The notes below the pieces were generated by a model. That model did not search any database. It saw nothing but the letters and a program-made list of their open reading frames with translations, and was not told the origin of the DNA. Position numbers and translations under genes: made by a program. Below, one piece after another: positions 47,155 to 57,845 of a DNA stretch of 64,000 bases; the first letter of the stretch is position 1, and each line of letters starts with the position of its first letter. This stretch comes from an uncultured Gemmatimonadales bacterium (GTDB taxonomy: Bacteria; Gemmatimonadota; Gemmatimonadetes; Gemmatimonadales; Gemmatimonadaceae), in NCBI GenBank assembly GCA_963707505.1, contig CAVPQB010000006.1, positions 448,001 to 512,000 of the forward strand, written 5' to 3'.

Positions 47155-48422
47155 CTCCTGACCAGCCGCACCAGCCTCCGTATACTCCATATACCGGCCA
47201 CAGGCCCCAGCGCAAGCACGGCAAAGGCCCAGCGCCAACTCACCAACTGCGCCATGTGCGGAATTCCCTGAATCGTCACCATCGTCAGGAGAAAACCGAG
47301 TGACGTCTGCACGGTAAGTGCAGTCCCCACGGCGTGCGGCGGAACGCTTTCCGTAACGAGCACCGAAAACTGCGCACTGTCCGCGATCACGAAGAATCCC
47401 CACACGAGCGCAACTGGCACGACTATCCACAACGTCATGCCGAAGGTGAGTCCGATGAGCAGCGCACACAAGCCGCTCATCGTCATCGCAACCGTTACAA
47501 GCCACTCGCGCCCGCGGCGGTCCGCGACCAGACCACCCCAGATGCATCCCGCTCCACCGATCGCGAGCGCGGCGAACGATACCGCGGACGCAATGGAAGT
47601 CGCACCGCCTGCGTGACCCTGGTGCGCGATGATGCTCGCCGAGATGAACAATGGCAGCCACGTCCACGCTGCGTACAGCTCCCACATGTGACCCAGATAT
47701 CCACCGGTCGCGAGCCGGAAACGCGGCTCGCGCATGATGTCGGCAACGAGTCTCCATGAGAACGGACGCGGTGGAAACGGATACGGGCCGTCGCGATATC
47801 CGAACGTCACGAGCGCCGCTGCAAGGAGTGCGGCAACGGATGCGGTGAGAACCACGGGGCGGATTCCAGCGCCGGGAATTGCGTGCACGAGATAGGGCGT
47901 CGCCTTTCCAACTGTCAGCGCGCCTACTATCCCTCCGACAGCGAGCCCGCGGCGCGCGCGAAACCAGGTCGATATCATCTTCATCGCTGGCGGATAGACA
48001 GCGGCGAGCGCGATACCGGTGAGCATGCGACACGCGAGTGCGGTACGAAATCCCGGTGCGAGAAGCAGCGCGGCGTTCGACGCCGATCCAACCAATGCAC
48101 CAGCCGCGAACAGGCGCCCGGCTGGTACGATGTCGACCACGTTGAGCGTCGCGAGCACCGCGGTGCCGACCACGAACCCGAGCTGGACGATCGTAGTGAG
48201 CCAGCCTGATTGAGCTGCGCTGAGATCCCACAACGTGCGATACTGCGCCGAAACGGCGCTCGCAGCAAACCAGAGCGACATCCCAAGCAGCTCAGCGCAC
48301 GCAAGCAGCACGAGCATGCGCCAGCGCGACGGATGCGTGTCAGCTGGAAATGTCACGGACGGGGCGCGCACTGCGCCATCACCAGCAGTTACAGATCGCG
48401 CGAACGAATTCGGTGAGACCAT
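47151..48422 (-). CDS. MFS transporter
   Basis: About 12 TM segments; VQLGFVVG, YPPAMK, GHMWELY, DSAQFS. Confidence 0.9.
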   Translation of the reverse strand: MVSPNSFARSVTAGDGAVRAPSVTFPADTHPSRWRMLVLLACAELLGMSLWFAASAVSAQYRTLWDLSAAQSGWLTTIVQLGFVVGTAVLATLNVVDIVPAGRLFAAGALVGSASNAALLLAPGFRTALACRMLTGIALAAVYPPAMKMISTWFRARRGLAVGGIVGALTVGKATPYLVHAIPGAGIRPVVLTASVAALLAAALVTFGYRDGPYPFPPRPFSWRLVADIMREPRFRLATGGYLGHMWELYAAWTWLPLFISASIIAHQGHAGGATSIASAVSFAALAIGGAGCIWGGLVADRRGREWLVTVAMTMSGLCALLIGLTFGMTLWIVVPVALVWGFFVIADSAQFSVLVTESVPPHAVGTALTVQTSLGFLLTMVTIQGIPHMAQLVSWRWAFAVLALGPVAGIWSIRRLVRLVRS

Positions 48423-48501
48423 GTTGGAGGAAACTGGCTGACCAGCGGCTCCGCCGCAATCCGACAGGCGGCCAATTGCTCGCCTGCCAAGGCCATCCGT
48501 G

Positions 48502-49107
48502 CTACAACCAGCCCTTTTCCCGCGCGATCCGCGCCGCTTCCACCCTTGTCGACGCGCCCAGTTTGGACATCGCCTCGGACAGATAATTGCGCACGGTCCC
48601 CTCCGACAGACACAGCATCGACGCTATCTCGGCGCTGGTCTTTCCTTCTCCGGCAAACCGTAACGCCTGCCTTTCCCGATCGGTGAGCGGATCAGGTGCG
48701 CTCCACGCCTCGGCGGCAAGCTCGGGGTCCACCGCGCGAAGTCCGGCGTGAACGCGGCGCACGGCACTCGCCAGCATCTCCGGTGGGCTGTCCTTCAACA
48801 GGTATCCACTGGCGCCAGCCTCCAACGCGCGGCGCAGATAGCCCGCGCGCGCGAATGTCGTCAGAATCACGACTCGCGTGGTCAACTTGAGTCGCTTGAG
48901 CTCTGCCGACACCTCGAGGCCCGTGAGATGCGGCATCTCGATATCCGTCAGCAGCACGTCGGGTACATGCTCGAGCACGAGCGACACCGCTTCGCGGCCA
49001 TCGTGCGCACGCGCGACGACGCGAATATCAGGCTCGATTTCCAGCAGCGCAGTCAGTGCGCCGAGCACCATTCCCTGATCCTCGGCGACAATCACACGAA
49101 TCGTCAC
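48502..49107 (-). CDS. NarL/LuxR-family response regulator (DesR-like)
   Basis: AEDQ, DIEMP, LTTF, LLKD; HTH LTDRE..SEGTVRNYLS. Confidence 0.95.
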   Translation of the reverse strand: MTIRVIVAEDQGMVLGALTALLEIEPDIRVVARAHDGREAVSLVLEHVPDVLLTDIEMPHLTGLEVSAELKRLKLTTRVVILTTFARAGYLRRALEAGASGYLLKDSPPEMLASAVRRVHAGLRAVDPELAAEAWSAPDPLTDRERQALRFAGEGKTSAEIASMLCLSEGTVRNYLSEAMSKLGASTRVEAARIAREKGWL

Positions 49108-50249
49108 GCCAGTATCGCGAGCCGCGCGGGCGTTGAAGTGTCGGATTGTGCGGAAGTAATTGACGCGAGCGTCACACGAATACGCGTTCCGTCGATCGAC
49201 TCGACCGAGATATAGCCGCCGAGTGACGCCACACGCTCGCGCATTCCGGTAACTCCATTGCCATCAGGTGAGTTCTTGCCGCCGCCGTCGTCCTGAATGG
49301 AGAACGTCCGCACTCCGTTCAGGTTGGTGAGTGCAATGTCGCAGGACTTTGCGTTGGCGTGTCGAACGACGTTGGTCACCGCTTCGCGGAGGATGAGCGA
49401 CAGGACCGCCTCTTCAGCTGGCGATAGCTGCACCGGCTCGATGTTCGCGCGCATCGCGATGCCGGCTGCGTGAAGCATCGACTCAGCGCTGGCTACCTCG
49501 CTCGCCAATCCAGTGTCACGATAACCAGCGACCGCCGCTCTAACTTCCGAAAGCGCGTCGCGCGAGATGCGCTCGACGTCTCTTATCTCCACGGCGGCGC
49601 GCGCCGGATCGCGATCGGCGAGACGCGACGCAAGCGAGGCCTTGAGTGTAATGAGAGAGAGCGTGTGGCCGAGCAGATCGTGCAGGTCGCGCGCAATACG
49701 CTCACGCTCGGCGACTTTCGCGAGATGTGCGATTTCCTCATTGGCGCGACGCAGCCGTCGATTTGTTTCGCGAACCGTTGCAAAATGACTATTCGTGAAT
49801 CCCACGACCGCACTGATCAATACCTGCCAGATCCACGTAGTGGCGGGCAGACGGAACACAACGGTCTCGAGCAACGCAGTGGCAATGACGAGAAGGATTG
49901 CCTCCGTGGCACGTCGAGCAGGGCGCAGATTGCCAGCGAAAGATGCTGCGTATACCGTGAGCACCGGAGCGCCCGGATTGATTGGCGTGAGCAGCAGCCC
50001 AATCGCTGCGATGCTGGCGATTATCCAGTACGTCTCAGGATTGCCCCGGCACCAGAAGCCGCGGAAATACAGCGGAAGGAATAGAGCCCCTCCAACGATC
50101 GTGGCGATCCATACTCCAGCGCCCGTGTGGCCGAGCACTGGCCACATGAACAGCGCTGGAAAGTAGATCAGCCAGGCGAACGGTGTCCAACCGATTTCGG
50201 GGTCGGGTGGGAGAATCCTGAAATGTGACAATCGCATCGTGCTCATCAC
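49104..50249 (-). CDS. HisKA_3 sensor kinase (DesK-like)
   Basis: TM segments; ERERIARDLHDLLGH, REAVTNVVRH, DDG, GMRER. Confidence 0.95.
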   Translation of the reverse strand: MMSTMRLSHFRILPPDPEIGWTPFAWLIYFPALFMWPVLGHTGAGVWIATIVGGALFLPLYFRGFWCRGNPETYWIIASIAAIGLLLTPINPGAPVLTVYAASFAGNLRPARRATEAILLVIATALLETVVFRLPATTWIWQVLISAVVGFTNSHFATVRETNRRLRRANEEIAHLAKVAERERIARDLHDLLGHTLSLITLKASLASRLADRDPARAAVEIRDVERISRDALSEVRAAVAGYRDTGLASEVASAESMLHAAGIAMRANIEPVQLSPAEEAVLSLILREAVTNVVRHANAKSCDIALTNLNGVRTFSIQDDGGGKNSPDGNGVTGMRERVASLGGYISVESIDGTRIRVTLASITSAQSDTSTPARLAILA

Positions 50250-50252
50250 GGG

Positions 50253-51077
50253 TCAGCCGTAGGTCTTGCCTTCGTCGCGGCGGTAGCCGATGGCGGCGAT
50301 GACAGTGAATAGTGCGCCGAATCCAATGAGTGCTGCAATGTGTCCCAGTGCATGTGACGCTGACTCGATGCCCACCGCCTCCAGCGCCAGCCGGGCGAGG
50401 TGGTAGGGCGGAAGGGCTACGGCGAATCCCTGTAGCAATTTGGGCAGCATTTCTGCCGGAATGAAGAGGCCCGACAGGAATGCCATTGGAAGATAGAGAA
50501 TATTGACCACCGGCGCTGCCGAGTTGGGGCCGGCGAGATACCCGATCGCGAGCCCCATGGCACAGAACGGAATTGCGCCGAGCGTCTCGGACACGATCAG
50601 CATCGTCCATTGCGTCGCAGACATTCTCACATGTCCGAACACCGCGCCCACTGCGCACATGAGCAGCATCAGGGCCGCTCCGATCGCGAGCGTCGTCAGA
50701 TATTTGGCGGTGAAGTACGCAGGCAGCGGCATCGGACTGGCCTTCTTGACCGCCAACCATCCCTGTCCCCGCTCGACTGCGACGCCAACGCCGAGCGCAA
50801 AGAGGGCGATGCTTATCACACCGAACGCACCGTACGTCGCGAGCGTGTATGTCGCGATCATCTCGGAGTTCTTGCTCCCGTGCTGCATCACGAGCCCGAA
50901 CAGGACGTAGAACATGATCGGAAATCCAATAGTCGGGATCATGAACGCCGGAATTCTGGTTTGCTTTCGAAGCTCGTACTTTGCCTCCGCGAGGTAGATC
51001 CGGATGGACCGGAAACGTGATGGCGCGATGGCAGTGTCGTCGAGAGATGGCCGTGTGGTAATTGCCGCGCTGGTCAT
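50253..51077 (-). CDS. ABC-2 type permease
   Basis: About 6 TM segments; ERGQGW, FLSGLFIP..LP; ATGA overlap with the ATPase gene. Confidence 0.9.
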   Translation of the reverse strand: MTSAAITTRPSLDDTAIAPSRFRSIRIYLAEAKYELRKQTRIPAFMIPTIGFPIMFYVLFGLVMQHGSKNSEMIATYTLATYGAFGVISIALFALGVGVAVERGQGWLAVKKASPMPLPAYFTAKYLTTLAIGAALMLLMCAVGAVFGHVRMSATQWTMLIVSETLGAIPFCAMGLAIGYLAGPNSAAPVVNILYLPMAFLSGLFIPAEMLPKLLQGFAVALPPYHLARLALEAVGIESASHALGHIAALIGFGALFTVIAAIGYRRDEGKTYG

Positions 51078-51985
51078 GCCGCCTCCCGTGGTTGCGCGAT
51101 CGATTGTGTGAGCGCGAGGAACGCTTCCTCGAGCTGGATGCCGGATATTTCGAGATCGGACAGCGACTCGTCGCTCCACAACAGCTCTCGCGCAACGGAC
51201 TCGGCGTTCGTCACGACGAGATCCGCGTTGCCATGATCGTAGCGCAGCTGCGTAACGCCAGGAATGGCGCGGAGCTCTTCCTCGCTCAATCGTGTCGTGC
51301 AATGGATCTTGCGCCCGGAGACTCGTTGCTTGATCGCAGCCGGTGTTCCATCGGCGATGATCGATCCGTGATCTATCACGACGATGCGATCCGCGAGGGC
51401 GTCGGCCTCTTCCATGTAGTGCGTCGTGAGGAGAATTGTACGACCGCGCGACACGAATGCGCGGATCTGCTCCCAGAAACTTCTGCGAGTCTCCACGTCG
51501 AAGCCCAGCGTTGGCTCGTCGAGAAACAGCATGTCGGGATCGCCGCAGATTGCGAGCGCGAACAGCACACGCTGACGCTGACCGCCGGACAGATCGCCGA
51601 ACTTGCGATCGCCAAGTCCATCGAGACCCGCGGCCGCGAATATTTCGGCTGTCGGCATCGGGTTCGGGTAGTAGGTGCGAAAGAGATCGATGTGCTCGGA
51701 TACTCGCAGTGTTTCGGGAACCTTGCCAACCTGCAGCATCGCGCCGATGCGCTGGCGTGAGGACGAGCGTCGTGGATCGCCGCCGAATAGTGTTACCGAG
51801 CCTGCGGTCGGTGCTGCAAGGCCGAGCAGCAGCTTGACAGTCGTTGTCTTGCCAGCGCCGTTGGGGCCAAGTAGAGCGACTACGCCACCCGGTTCGATGT
51901 CGAGCGAGACGTTGCGCAGCGCGACTTTATCATTGTATGTCTTGGATACCGATGACATGCGTGCGGCGGGAGTTGTTTGTGTCAT
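51074..51985 (-). CDS. ABC transporter ATP-binding protein
   Basis: [23 protein letters not shown]. Confidence 0.96.
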   Translation of the reverse strand: MTQTTPAARMSSVSKTYNDKVALRNVSLDIEPGGVVALLGPNGAGKTTTVKLLLGLAAPTAGSVTLFGGDPRRSSSRQRIGAMLQVGKVPETLRVSEHIDLFRTYYPNPMPTAEIFAAAGLDGLGDRKFGDLSGGQRQRVLFALAICGDPDMLFLDEPTLGFDVETRRSFWEQIRAFVSRGRTILLTTHYMEEADALADRIVVIDHGSIIADGTPAAIKQRVSGRKIHCTTRLSEEELRAIPGVTQLRYDHGNADLVVTNAESVARELLWSDESLSDLEISGIQLEEAFLALTQSIAQPREAA

Positions 51986-53826
51986 TTGAAGCTCACCTCA
52001 TCGATTCGCAGGCTGAACGGGCCTGGAGTCGGTCCGGCGGTGAAGGCGATACCCATCACGTCGTGACCGTCGATTCCCTCGAACGCAGTGAATGGAAATG
52101 TGTATTCCTTCCATTCCGGGCCGGCGACGAAGTCAACAGAGAGCGGCATGAACCCCTTGCTCTTGGCGAACAACATTACGTGGTACGTGTGGCCGTCGCC
52201 TTTTGCCCAGAAGTGCAATGATTTGGCGGATGACAGATCTGCCGGCGCCATTGCCTGGATGCCGGGCATGAACATCGGGCCGGCCCATGCGTATTGCAGA
52301 CCTGGTGCGACTGTGCCAGTGGTCTCGAGCGATTTCGCCGTTCCGTTGGCACCGCCGTCGACGACCTTCATGGCGGCTGTCGATTTGCCACCGGCGAGCT
52401 GATCGGTGCTGACGATCCATCCCAGTCCGAACGACGCCTTTGTTGTACCGTCGTCGAAGTTGCTCACCATGCCGACGACGGATCCATTCGGTGCTGCACT
52501 CGGTGCTGCACTTGGAGTTGCACTGGTGGATGCCGGTGGCGGAGGTGGTGCGGGGACGCGATCGTACTTCACGCCGCCTTTCCATATTCCCTTGATGTCA
52601 CGAGTTGCAGTGATGTCGGATGTCGGGTCGCCGGCGACCAATAGAAGATCCGCACGCTTGCCGACCGCAATCGTGCCGCGATCCGCGAGGGAGAAAGTGC
52701 GTGCAGGAACGCTCGTCGCGGCGGCGAGTGCCTGCGGTGGAGTGAGACCTGCGCGCACGAGCAGCTCGAGCTCGCGGTGCAGCGCGATCCCGTGCGCGGT
52801 ACCGGGATTGGGGGCGTCGGTACCGGCGAGAATCGGCACATTCGCTGCAAGCAGCTGCCTTACCGTAGCTTCTGCGAATGCGAAATTCATCGCTGCGCGC
52901 GCACTCTTCGGGAACGGGAACGATGCGTCGATCGTAGCTCGGCTACTCGCCGAGAGGTATGGCGACAGGCGCGGGTCGATCGCGAGCGCCGCGACACCGG
53001 AGCTATCGGCGATGCTCTTGAGAACGGTGAGCGTTGGTGTGACGAATGCGTGATGCGATGCGACGACTCGTCCGAACTCCGGATCCGGCGCGTGATCGAT
53101 GAACAGGTGCTCGAGCCCGTCGACGCCAGCATCGATTGCCATTCGTGCGTCGGCGAGCGAGCCGATGTGTGCGACCGCAAGCTTGCCGCGTGCGTGTGCA
53201 GCCCTGGCGAGCGCAGCGACGATTGGAGCGGACAGAGTCGGGATGTGTCTGCCATACGTTGATCCGTCGTCGATTATGATCTTGATGTAGTCCGATCCTT
53301 CAGCGATGCGCGCATCGACCCAGGCCTGTGCGGAATCCGGTGACGTGATCGTGGGAACCTGCACGCCATACTCGGTGCCGTGTCCAGCGGGGGCGGTGGC
53401 GAGGATGCCTGCGGAGTAGAGGTCAGCGCGGTCTGCTACGTTTCCCTTCTTCTGCTCTGTGCGCATGCTGGCGGCGAGACCCGGATCTGTGAACATGTCG
53501 AGCTCGGTCGTCACACCGAAGGCGAGTGCCTGTTGCAGCGCATCGCCGAATGCGTGGGTGTGCGAATCTATGAGACCCGGCAGTAGTGTTGCTCCGGTGC
53601 CGTCGACAACAGTTGCGCCTGACGGTGTTGGAATGTGTGAAGCGATGGCGGATATTTTTCCATCGCTGATCAGTACATCACGCTCGCCGAGTGTTTTCGA
53701 TCCGTCGAATACGCGGACGTGGTGAAAGAGAGTCGCGCCGAGCTCGGATTGCGCGGTGGCGGAATGTGCTGAAGCGAGACTGATGAGACTCGCGATGACG
53801 ATCTGATATGAAAACGGTGCACGCAT
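51982..53826 (-). CDS. Secreted amidohydrolase with a C-terminal CIA30/CBM11-like domain
   Basis: Signal peptide; PGLIDSHTH, AH, EH, AGTD, GKRADL; Pro/Ser/Ala linker; FWAKGDG..EWKEY. Confidence 0.88.
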   Translation of the reverse strand: MRAPFSYQIVIASLISLASAHSATAQSELGATLFHHVRVFDGSKTLGERDVLISDGKISAIASHIPTPSGATVVDGTGATLLPGLIDSHTHAFGDALQQALAFGVTTELDMFTDPGLAASMRTEQKKGNVADRADLYSAGILATAPAGHGTEYGVQVPTITSPDSAQAWVDARIAEGSDYIKIIIDDGSTYGRHIPTLSAPIVAALARAAHARGKLAVAHIGSLADARMAIDAGVDGLEHLFIDHAPDPEFGRVVASHHAFVTPTLTVLKSIADSSGVAALAIDPRLSPYLSASSRATIDASFPFPKSARAAMNFAFAEATVRQLLAANVPILAGTDAPNPGTAHGIALHRELELLVRAGLTPPQALAAATSVPARTFSLADRGTIAVGKRADLLLVAGDPTSDITATRDIKGIWKGGVKYDRVPAPPPPPASTSATPSAAPSAAPNGSVVGMVSNFDDGTTKASFGLGWIVSTDQLAGGKSTAAMKVVDGGANGTAKSLETTGTVAPGLQYAWAGPMFMPGIQAMAPADLSSAKSLHFWAKGDGHTYHVMLFAKSKGFMPLSVDFVAGPEWKEYTFPFTAFEGIDGHDVMGIAFTAGPTPGPFSLRIDEVSFK

Positions 53827-53920
53827 TGTCGTACGCTCCGATCGATACTGATGTGGTGACCGCCCAGGACCTGGCGGTACATGGAGTATCCCGGATCGCT
53901 GAATGTGCGGGTAGTGGAAC

Positions 53921-53951
53921 GTGTCACCTGGATGACGTGACAAGTGTCATG
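53921..53951. promoter_or_regulatory. Tandem inverted-repeat operator, probably bound by the DesR-like regulator
   Basis: GTCA-N6-TGAC next to TGACA-N2-TGTCA, upstream of the five-gene operon. Confidence 0.55.
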
Positions 53952-53975
53952 TGGAGCGGGTAAGTTTTAGCAGCT

Positions 53976-54317
53976 ATGACGACACCGACGATTACTCCCG
54001 ACGAGTTTTTTGCGGCCGATCTGCGTGTGGGGCGTGTTCTGTCAGCGGAGCCGTTTCCGGAAGCGCGTAAGCCGGCCATCAAGCTGCGTATCGATTTTGG
54101 GGAGTTGGGCGTGCGGAGGTCGAGCGCGCAGTTGACGGCGCATTACACGCCCGACGAGCTGGTGGGACGGTTGGTGATAGCGGTGGTGAACTTCCCGCCG
54201 CGTCAGATCGGGCCTTTCATCTCCGAAGTACTGGTGCTTGGCGCGTGCACGACGCCGAGTGATGTGGTGCTGCTGGCGCCGGATGTGGACGTGCCGGTGG
54301 GGACGCGTATTCTATAA
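53976..54317 (+). CDS. csaA: tRNA-binding protein / secretion chaperone CsaA
   Basis: DLRVG, FPEARKPA, SSAQLT, VVNFPPRQIG..SEVLVLG. Confidence 0.93.
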   Translation: MTTPTITPDEFFAADLRVGRVLSAEPFPEARKPAIKLRIDFGELGVRRSSAQLTAHYTPDELVGRLVIAVVNFPPRQIGPFISEVLVLGACTTPSDVVLLAPDVDVPVGTRIL

Positions 54318-54343
54318 GAAGGGCGGAGTGGTCTTCACGACGA

Positions 54344-54544
54344 TCACGCCGTTCGTCCCTGCGGGATTAGAAAGCCGGCCGTGAGATCGGAGCGTTTGTC
54401 GGATTCGTCAGGCTCGTGGGTTCCCTCTCCGGATGCGAACGGATCCGGGCCCTGTTCGAGGTAGACTTTGAGTAGATCGGACGTCTGTTCGATAGCCGAT
54501 TGGCGCCTTACTCGGGAGATTCTGGGGTGGAGCTCGAGTGCCAT
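54344..54544 (-). CDS. Hypothetical protein, 66 aa
   Basis: ATG-initiated ORF filling an intergenic gap; no motif recognised. Confidence 0.35.
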   Translation of the reverse strand: MALELHPRISRVRRQSAIEQTSDLLKVYLEQGPDPFASGEGTHEPDESDKRSDLTAGFLIPQGRTA

Positions 54545-54649
54545 TTGGGGTGCCTATCTTGTTTGACGGTCGGCACGGCACCGTGCAGGATACGCACCAG
54601 GGAGGCCGGTAGGCAGCGTTCGAATCTGTAAGGATATCGAGGAGCGGGG

Positions 54650-55192
54650 TCAGGCCAGAGGTATCGTCGGGGGATAGGCGTAGATCGCGGTTGGGAGGCC
54701 TTCGGGCTTCATCTGACGCAGCTCGATGAAGGAGAAGCCGATCTTCTCGAGCAGCTTTATGGAGCGCGCGTTGTCCGGAGAGACGAGGGCGAGGGTGCGC
54801 GACGCCTTGAGTGTGGTGCGGGCGAATTGCAGCATTGCGGTCGCCGACTCGGTGGCGAACCCCTGGTACCAGAAGTCGGGGAGGAACGCGTAGCCCAGAT
54901 CTGCGTCGTCGAACTGGATCCGCTTGAGGAGTCCGCAGATCCCGATCGGGACGAGGGTGGTCTTGAGGGCAACCAGATAGAGGCCGTGGCCGTGCCGCTC
55001 GTAGCTCGCGATCGGACCGTTGAGCAGGTAGGTGGCTGCATCGTCGCGGGTTCGGATGCCGCGGTCGCCGATATTCGCGATGAACGAGGGATCGTTGACG
55101 AGCTCGAGGATGAAACCGGCGTCGTCGGTAGTGAAGTGGCGGAGGACGAGCCGATCGGTTTCCAGGACGGTCATGGGTGGCGGCGGCGTCAC
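54650..55192 (-). CDS. RimJ/RimL-type GNAT acetyltransferase
   Basis: LETDRL.LR, DLGYAFLP.FW.QGFATE, N.RSIKLLEKIGF. Confidence 0.92.
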   Translation of the reverse strand: MTPPPPMTVLETDRLVLRHFTTDDAGFILELVNDPSFIANIGDRGIRTRDDAATYLLNGPIASYERHGHGLYLVALKTTLVPIGICGLLKRIQFDDADLGYAFLPDFWYQGFATESATAMLQFARTTLKASRTLALVSPDNARSIKLLEKIGFSFIELRQMKPEGLPTAIYAYPPTIPLA

Positions 55193-55256
55193 GAACGACG
55201 AGCTAGCGCTGAGGTAGCGTGGCTTGGTTCTGACATGTAATGGCAGGCTACATTTG

Positions 55257-55304
55257 TGGGGTCAGGTCTTGCGCCGTGCGCGCACGGCGCAAGACCTGAC
55301 CCCA
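55257..55304. repeat. Perfect 48-bp palindrome (REP-like)
   Basis: TGGGGTCAGGTCTTGCGCCGTGCG followed directly by its exact reverse complement. Confidence 0.85.
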
Positions 55305-55327
55305 TTCACAGTTTTTCGAGGCGTTCA

Positions 55328-57004
55328 GTGGCACCACAGTTCATATATGTAATGAAGGATCTCCGGAAGGTAGTTCCACCTTCGCGCGAGATACTGAAAG
55401 GAATCTGGCTCTCGTTCTATCCAGGCGCAAAGATCGGTGTCCTGGGCGCGAACGGAGCGGGTAAATCATCGTTGCTGCGCATCATGGCCGGCGTGGATCA
55501 GGATTTTCAGGGCGAGGCGTGGGCGCACGCGGGAACGCGAATTGGATATCTGCCGCAGGAGCCTCAGCTCGATCCTACAAAGAACGTGCGTGAGAACGTC
55601 GAGGAAGGGGTGAAGTCGACGCGGGATCTTCTCAAGAAGTTCGAGGAGATCTCGATGAAGTTCGCCGAGCCGATGGGCGACGACGAGATGAACAAGCTGC
55701 TGGAGCAACAGGGGCGGGTGCAGGAGCAGATAGATGCAGCGAACGCGTGGGAGCTGGATCGCACGATAGAGATCGCGATGGACGCGTTGAGATTGCCGCC
55801 GGGTGATGCGGCGGTGACGAATCTGTCGGGCGGTGAGAAGCGTCGTGTCGCGTTGTGTCGTGTGTTGCTGGAGCAGCCTGACATGTTGTTGCTGGACGAG
55901 CCGACGAATCACCTGGATGCTGAATCGGTTGCGTGGCTGGAGCGGCATCTCGCGGACTTCAAGGGAACGGTCGTCGCCATCACGCACGATCGTTATTTCC
56001 TTGACAATGTTGCGCAGTGGATACTGGAGCTGGATCGCGGCGCTGGTATTCCGTACGAGGGCAACTACACGGCGTGGCTGGAGCAGAAGCGCGATCGTCT
56101 CAAGTTGGAAGAGAAGACGGAATCAGCGCGGCAGCGAACACTGGAGCGCGAGCTCGATTGGGTGCGCATGGCGCCGCGCGCGAGGCAGGCGAAGAATCAG
56201 GCACGCGTGAAGCGATACGAGGAGCTGGCTGAAGCGGACACCGCGGAGAAGACGATGTCGCACGAGATCGTGATCCCGCCACCGCCTCGACTTGGCAACG
56301 ATGTTGTCATCGCAAAGGGATTGAAGAAGGGATACGGCGACAAGTTGCTGTATGACGATCTCACGTTCTCGCTTCCGCGCGGTGGAATCGTCGGCGTCAT
56401 CGGACCGAACGGTGCGGGAAAGACGACGATGTTCCGGATGATCGAAGGAACGGAGAAGCCGGACGCGGGATCGTTGACGATCGGTGATACGGTGGTGCTT
56501 GCGTACGCCGATCAGGAGCGCGCGCTGGACGGAGCCAAATCGGTGTATGACGAGGTGAGTCAGGGACACGATCTGATTCAGGTCGGGAAGCGCGAGATGA
56601 ATGCGCGGGCGTACTTGTCGACGTTCAATTTCAAGGGGACGGATCAGCAGAAGAAAGTTGGTGATCTTTCTGGTGGCGAACGGAATCGTCTGCAGCTAGC
56701 GAAGGTGTTGAAGGCCGGCGGGAATCTGTTGTTGCTGGATGAGCCGACTAATGATCTAGATGTCGATACGCTGCGCGCGCTGGAAGATGCGTTAATTGAT
56801 TTTGCAGGATGTGCGGTGGTGATTTCGCACGATCGGTGGTTTCTGGATCGTATTGCGACGCACATGCTGGCGTTTGAAGGGGATAGCGAGGTGGTGTGGT
56901 TCGAGGGGAATTACAAGGAGTACGAGGCGGATCTGCATAGACGGAAGGGGATAGATGCGGATCAGCCGAAGAGGATCAAGTACAAGGCGTTGGTGCGGGG
57001 GTAG
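55328..57004 (+). CDS. ettA: Energy-dependent translational throttle protein (ABC-F)
   Basis: [23 protein letters not shown], two ABC domains, ELDWVR linker, FEGNY..YE; GTG start at 55328. Confidence 0.95.
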   Translation: MAPQFIYVMKDLRKVVPPSREILKGIWLSFYPGAKIGVLGANGAGKSSLLRIMAGVDQDFQGEAWAHAGTRIGYLPQEPQLDPTKNVRENVEEGVKSTRDLLKKFEEISMKFAEPMGDDEMNKLLEQQGRVQEQIDAANAWELDRTIEIAMDALRLPPGDAAVTNLSGGEKRRVALCRVLLEQPDMLLLDEPTNHLDAESVAWLERHLADFKGTVVAITHDRYFLDNVAQWILELDRGAGIPYEGNYTAWLEQKRDRLKLEEKTESARQRTLERELDWVRMAPRARQAKNQARVKRYEELAEADTAEKTMSHEIVIPPPPRLGNDVVIAKGLKKGYGDKLLYDDLTFSLPRGGIVGVIGPNGAGKTTMFRMIEGTEKPDAGSLTIGDTVVLAYADQERALDGAKSVYDEVSQGHDLIQVGKREMNARAYLSTFNFKGTDQQKKVGDLSGGERNRLQLAKVLKAGGNLLLLDEPTNDLDVDTLRALEDALIDFAGCAVVISHDRWFLDRIATHMLAFEGDSEVVWFEGNYKEYEADLHRRKGIDADQPKRIKYKALVRG

Positions 57005-57080
57005 ATTGGTGCGTGACGAACGGTATAGGAACTGCCCAACTTGACCAGAGCGCGGCACTGGTGACCAAACCCGGAGAACG

Positions 57081-57845
57081 ATGAGACGGACTGTGTGTAT
57101 CGCCTTCCTGTGCTCCGCTTTCGCGTCAGTCGCTACCGCGCAAACACAGCGACTGACATCTTCGTCAACCGAAGAGGCCAGTCTCGCGCGAGAACTGAGC
57201 AGGATTGCTCGCGAGAGAATACTCGCGTTCGACAAGGGGGACACCGCGTCATGGTCGCCTTACGTTGCTGACGACTATGTCGTCGCGACACCGTCGGGTG
57301 TCCTCCAGACCAAGCAGCAAGTCATGCAGGGGTTCCGGCCTCCGCTTGCTGGATACAGGGATGTATTCTCATTCGAAGATGCTCATGTCAGGCGCGACGG
57401 CGACGTCGCGGTGATGAGCTACGTCATCGACGAGTACGAGTTCTGGGATGCGCAGCGGTACGATGTCCCGAAGCTTCGGAAGACCGACACATACATCCTG
57501 CGAAACGGACGTTGGCTGATCGTCGCTTCACAGGAGGGCTTTATTCCAGCGGTCCCCAAGGCCGTCAAGCTCGACCCGACGATCTACGATGCATACGTCG
57601 GTCGGTATCAACTGATGCGCTCGCTCACCTATGCCGTGACGAGAAACGGGGACAGGCTGATGATGCAGGAGATCGGTCAACCTGGGAAGCGAACGCTCAT
57701 CCCTGCGTCGGGGACTACGTTCTTTTCGACCGGAGAGAGCGGACGGATCATCTTCGTGAAGGGCGCGAGGGGGAAGGTCACGCACCTGATAATTCGCGAC
57801 AACAATTACGATATACGCGTCAGGAAATTGCAGGCAGCTCGGTAG
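57081..57845 (+). CDS. Secreted NTF2-like (DUF4440) + DUF3471-like protein
   Basis: Signal peptide; NTF2 pattern ending GRWLIVASQ; YDAYVGRY...IFVK..GKVT. Confidence 0.75.
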   Translation: MRRTVCIAFLCSAFASVATAQTQRLTSSSTEEASLARELSRIARERILAFDKGDTASWSPYVADDYVVATPSGVLQTKQQVMQGFRPPLAGYRDVFSFEDAHVRRDGDVAVMSYVIDEYEFWDAQRYDVPKLRKTDTYILRNGRWLIVASQEGFIPAVPKAVKLDPTIYDAYVGRYQLMRSLTYAVTRNGDRLMMQEIGQPGKRTLIPASGTTFFSTGESGRIIFVKGARGKVTHLIIRDNNYDIRVRKLQAAR

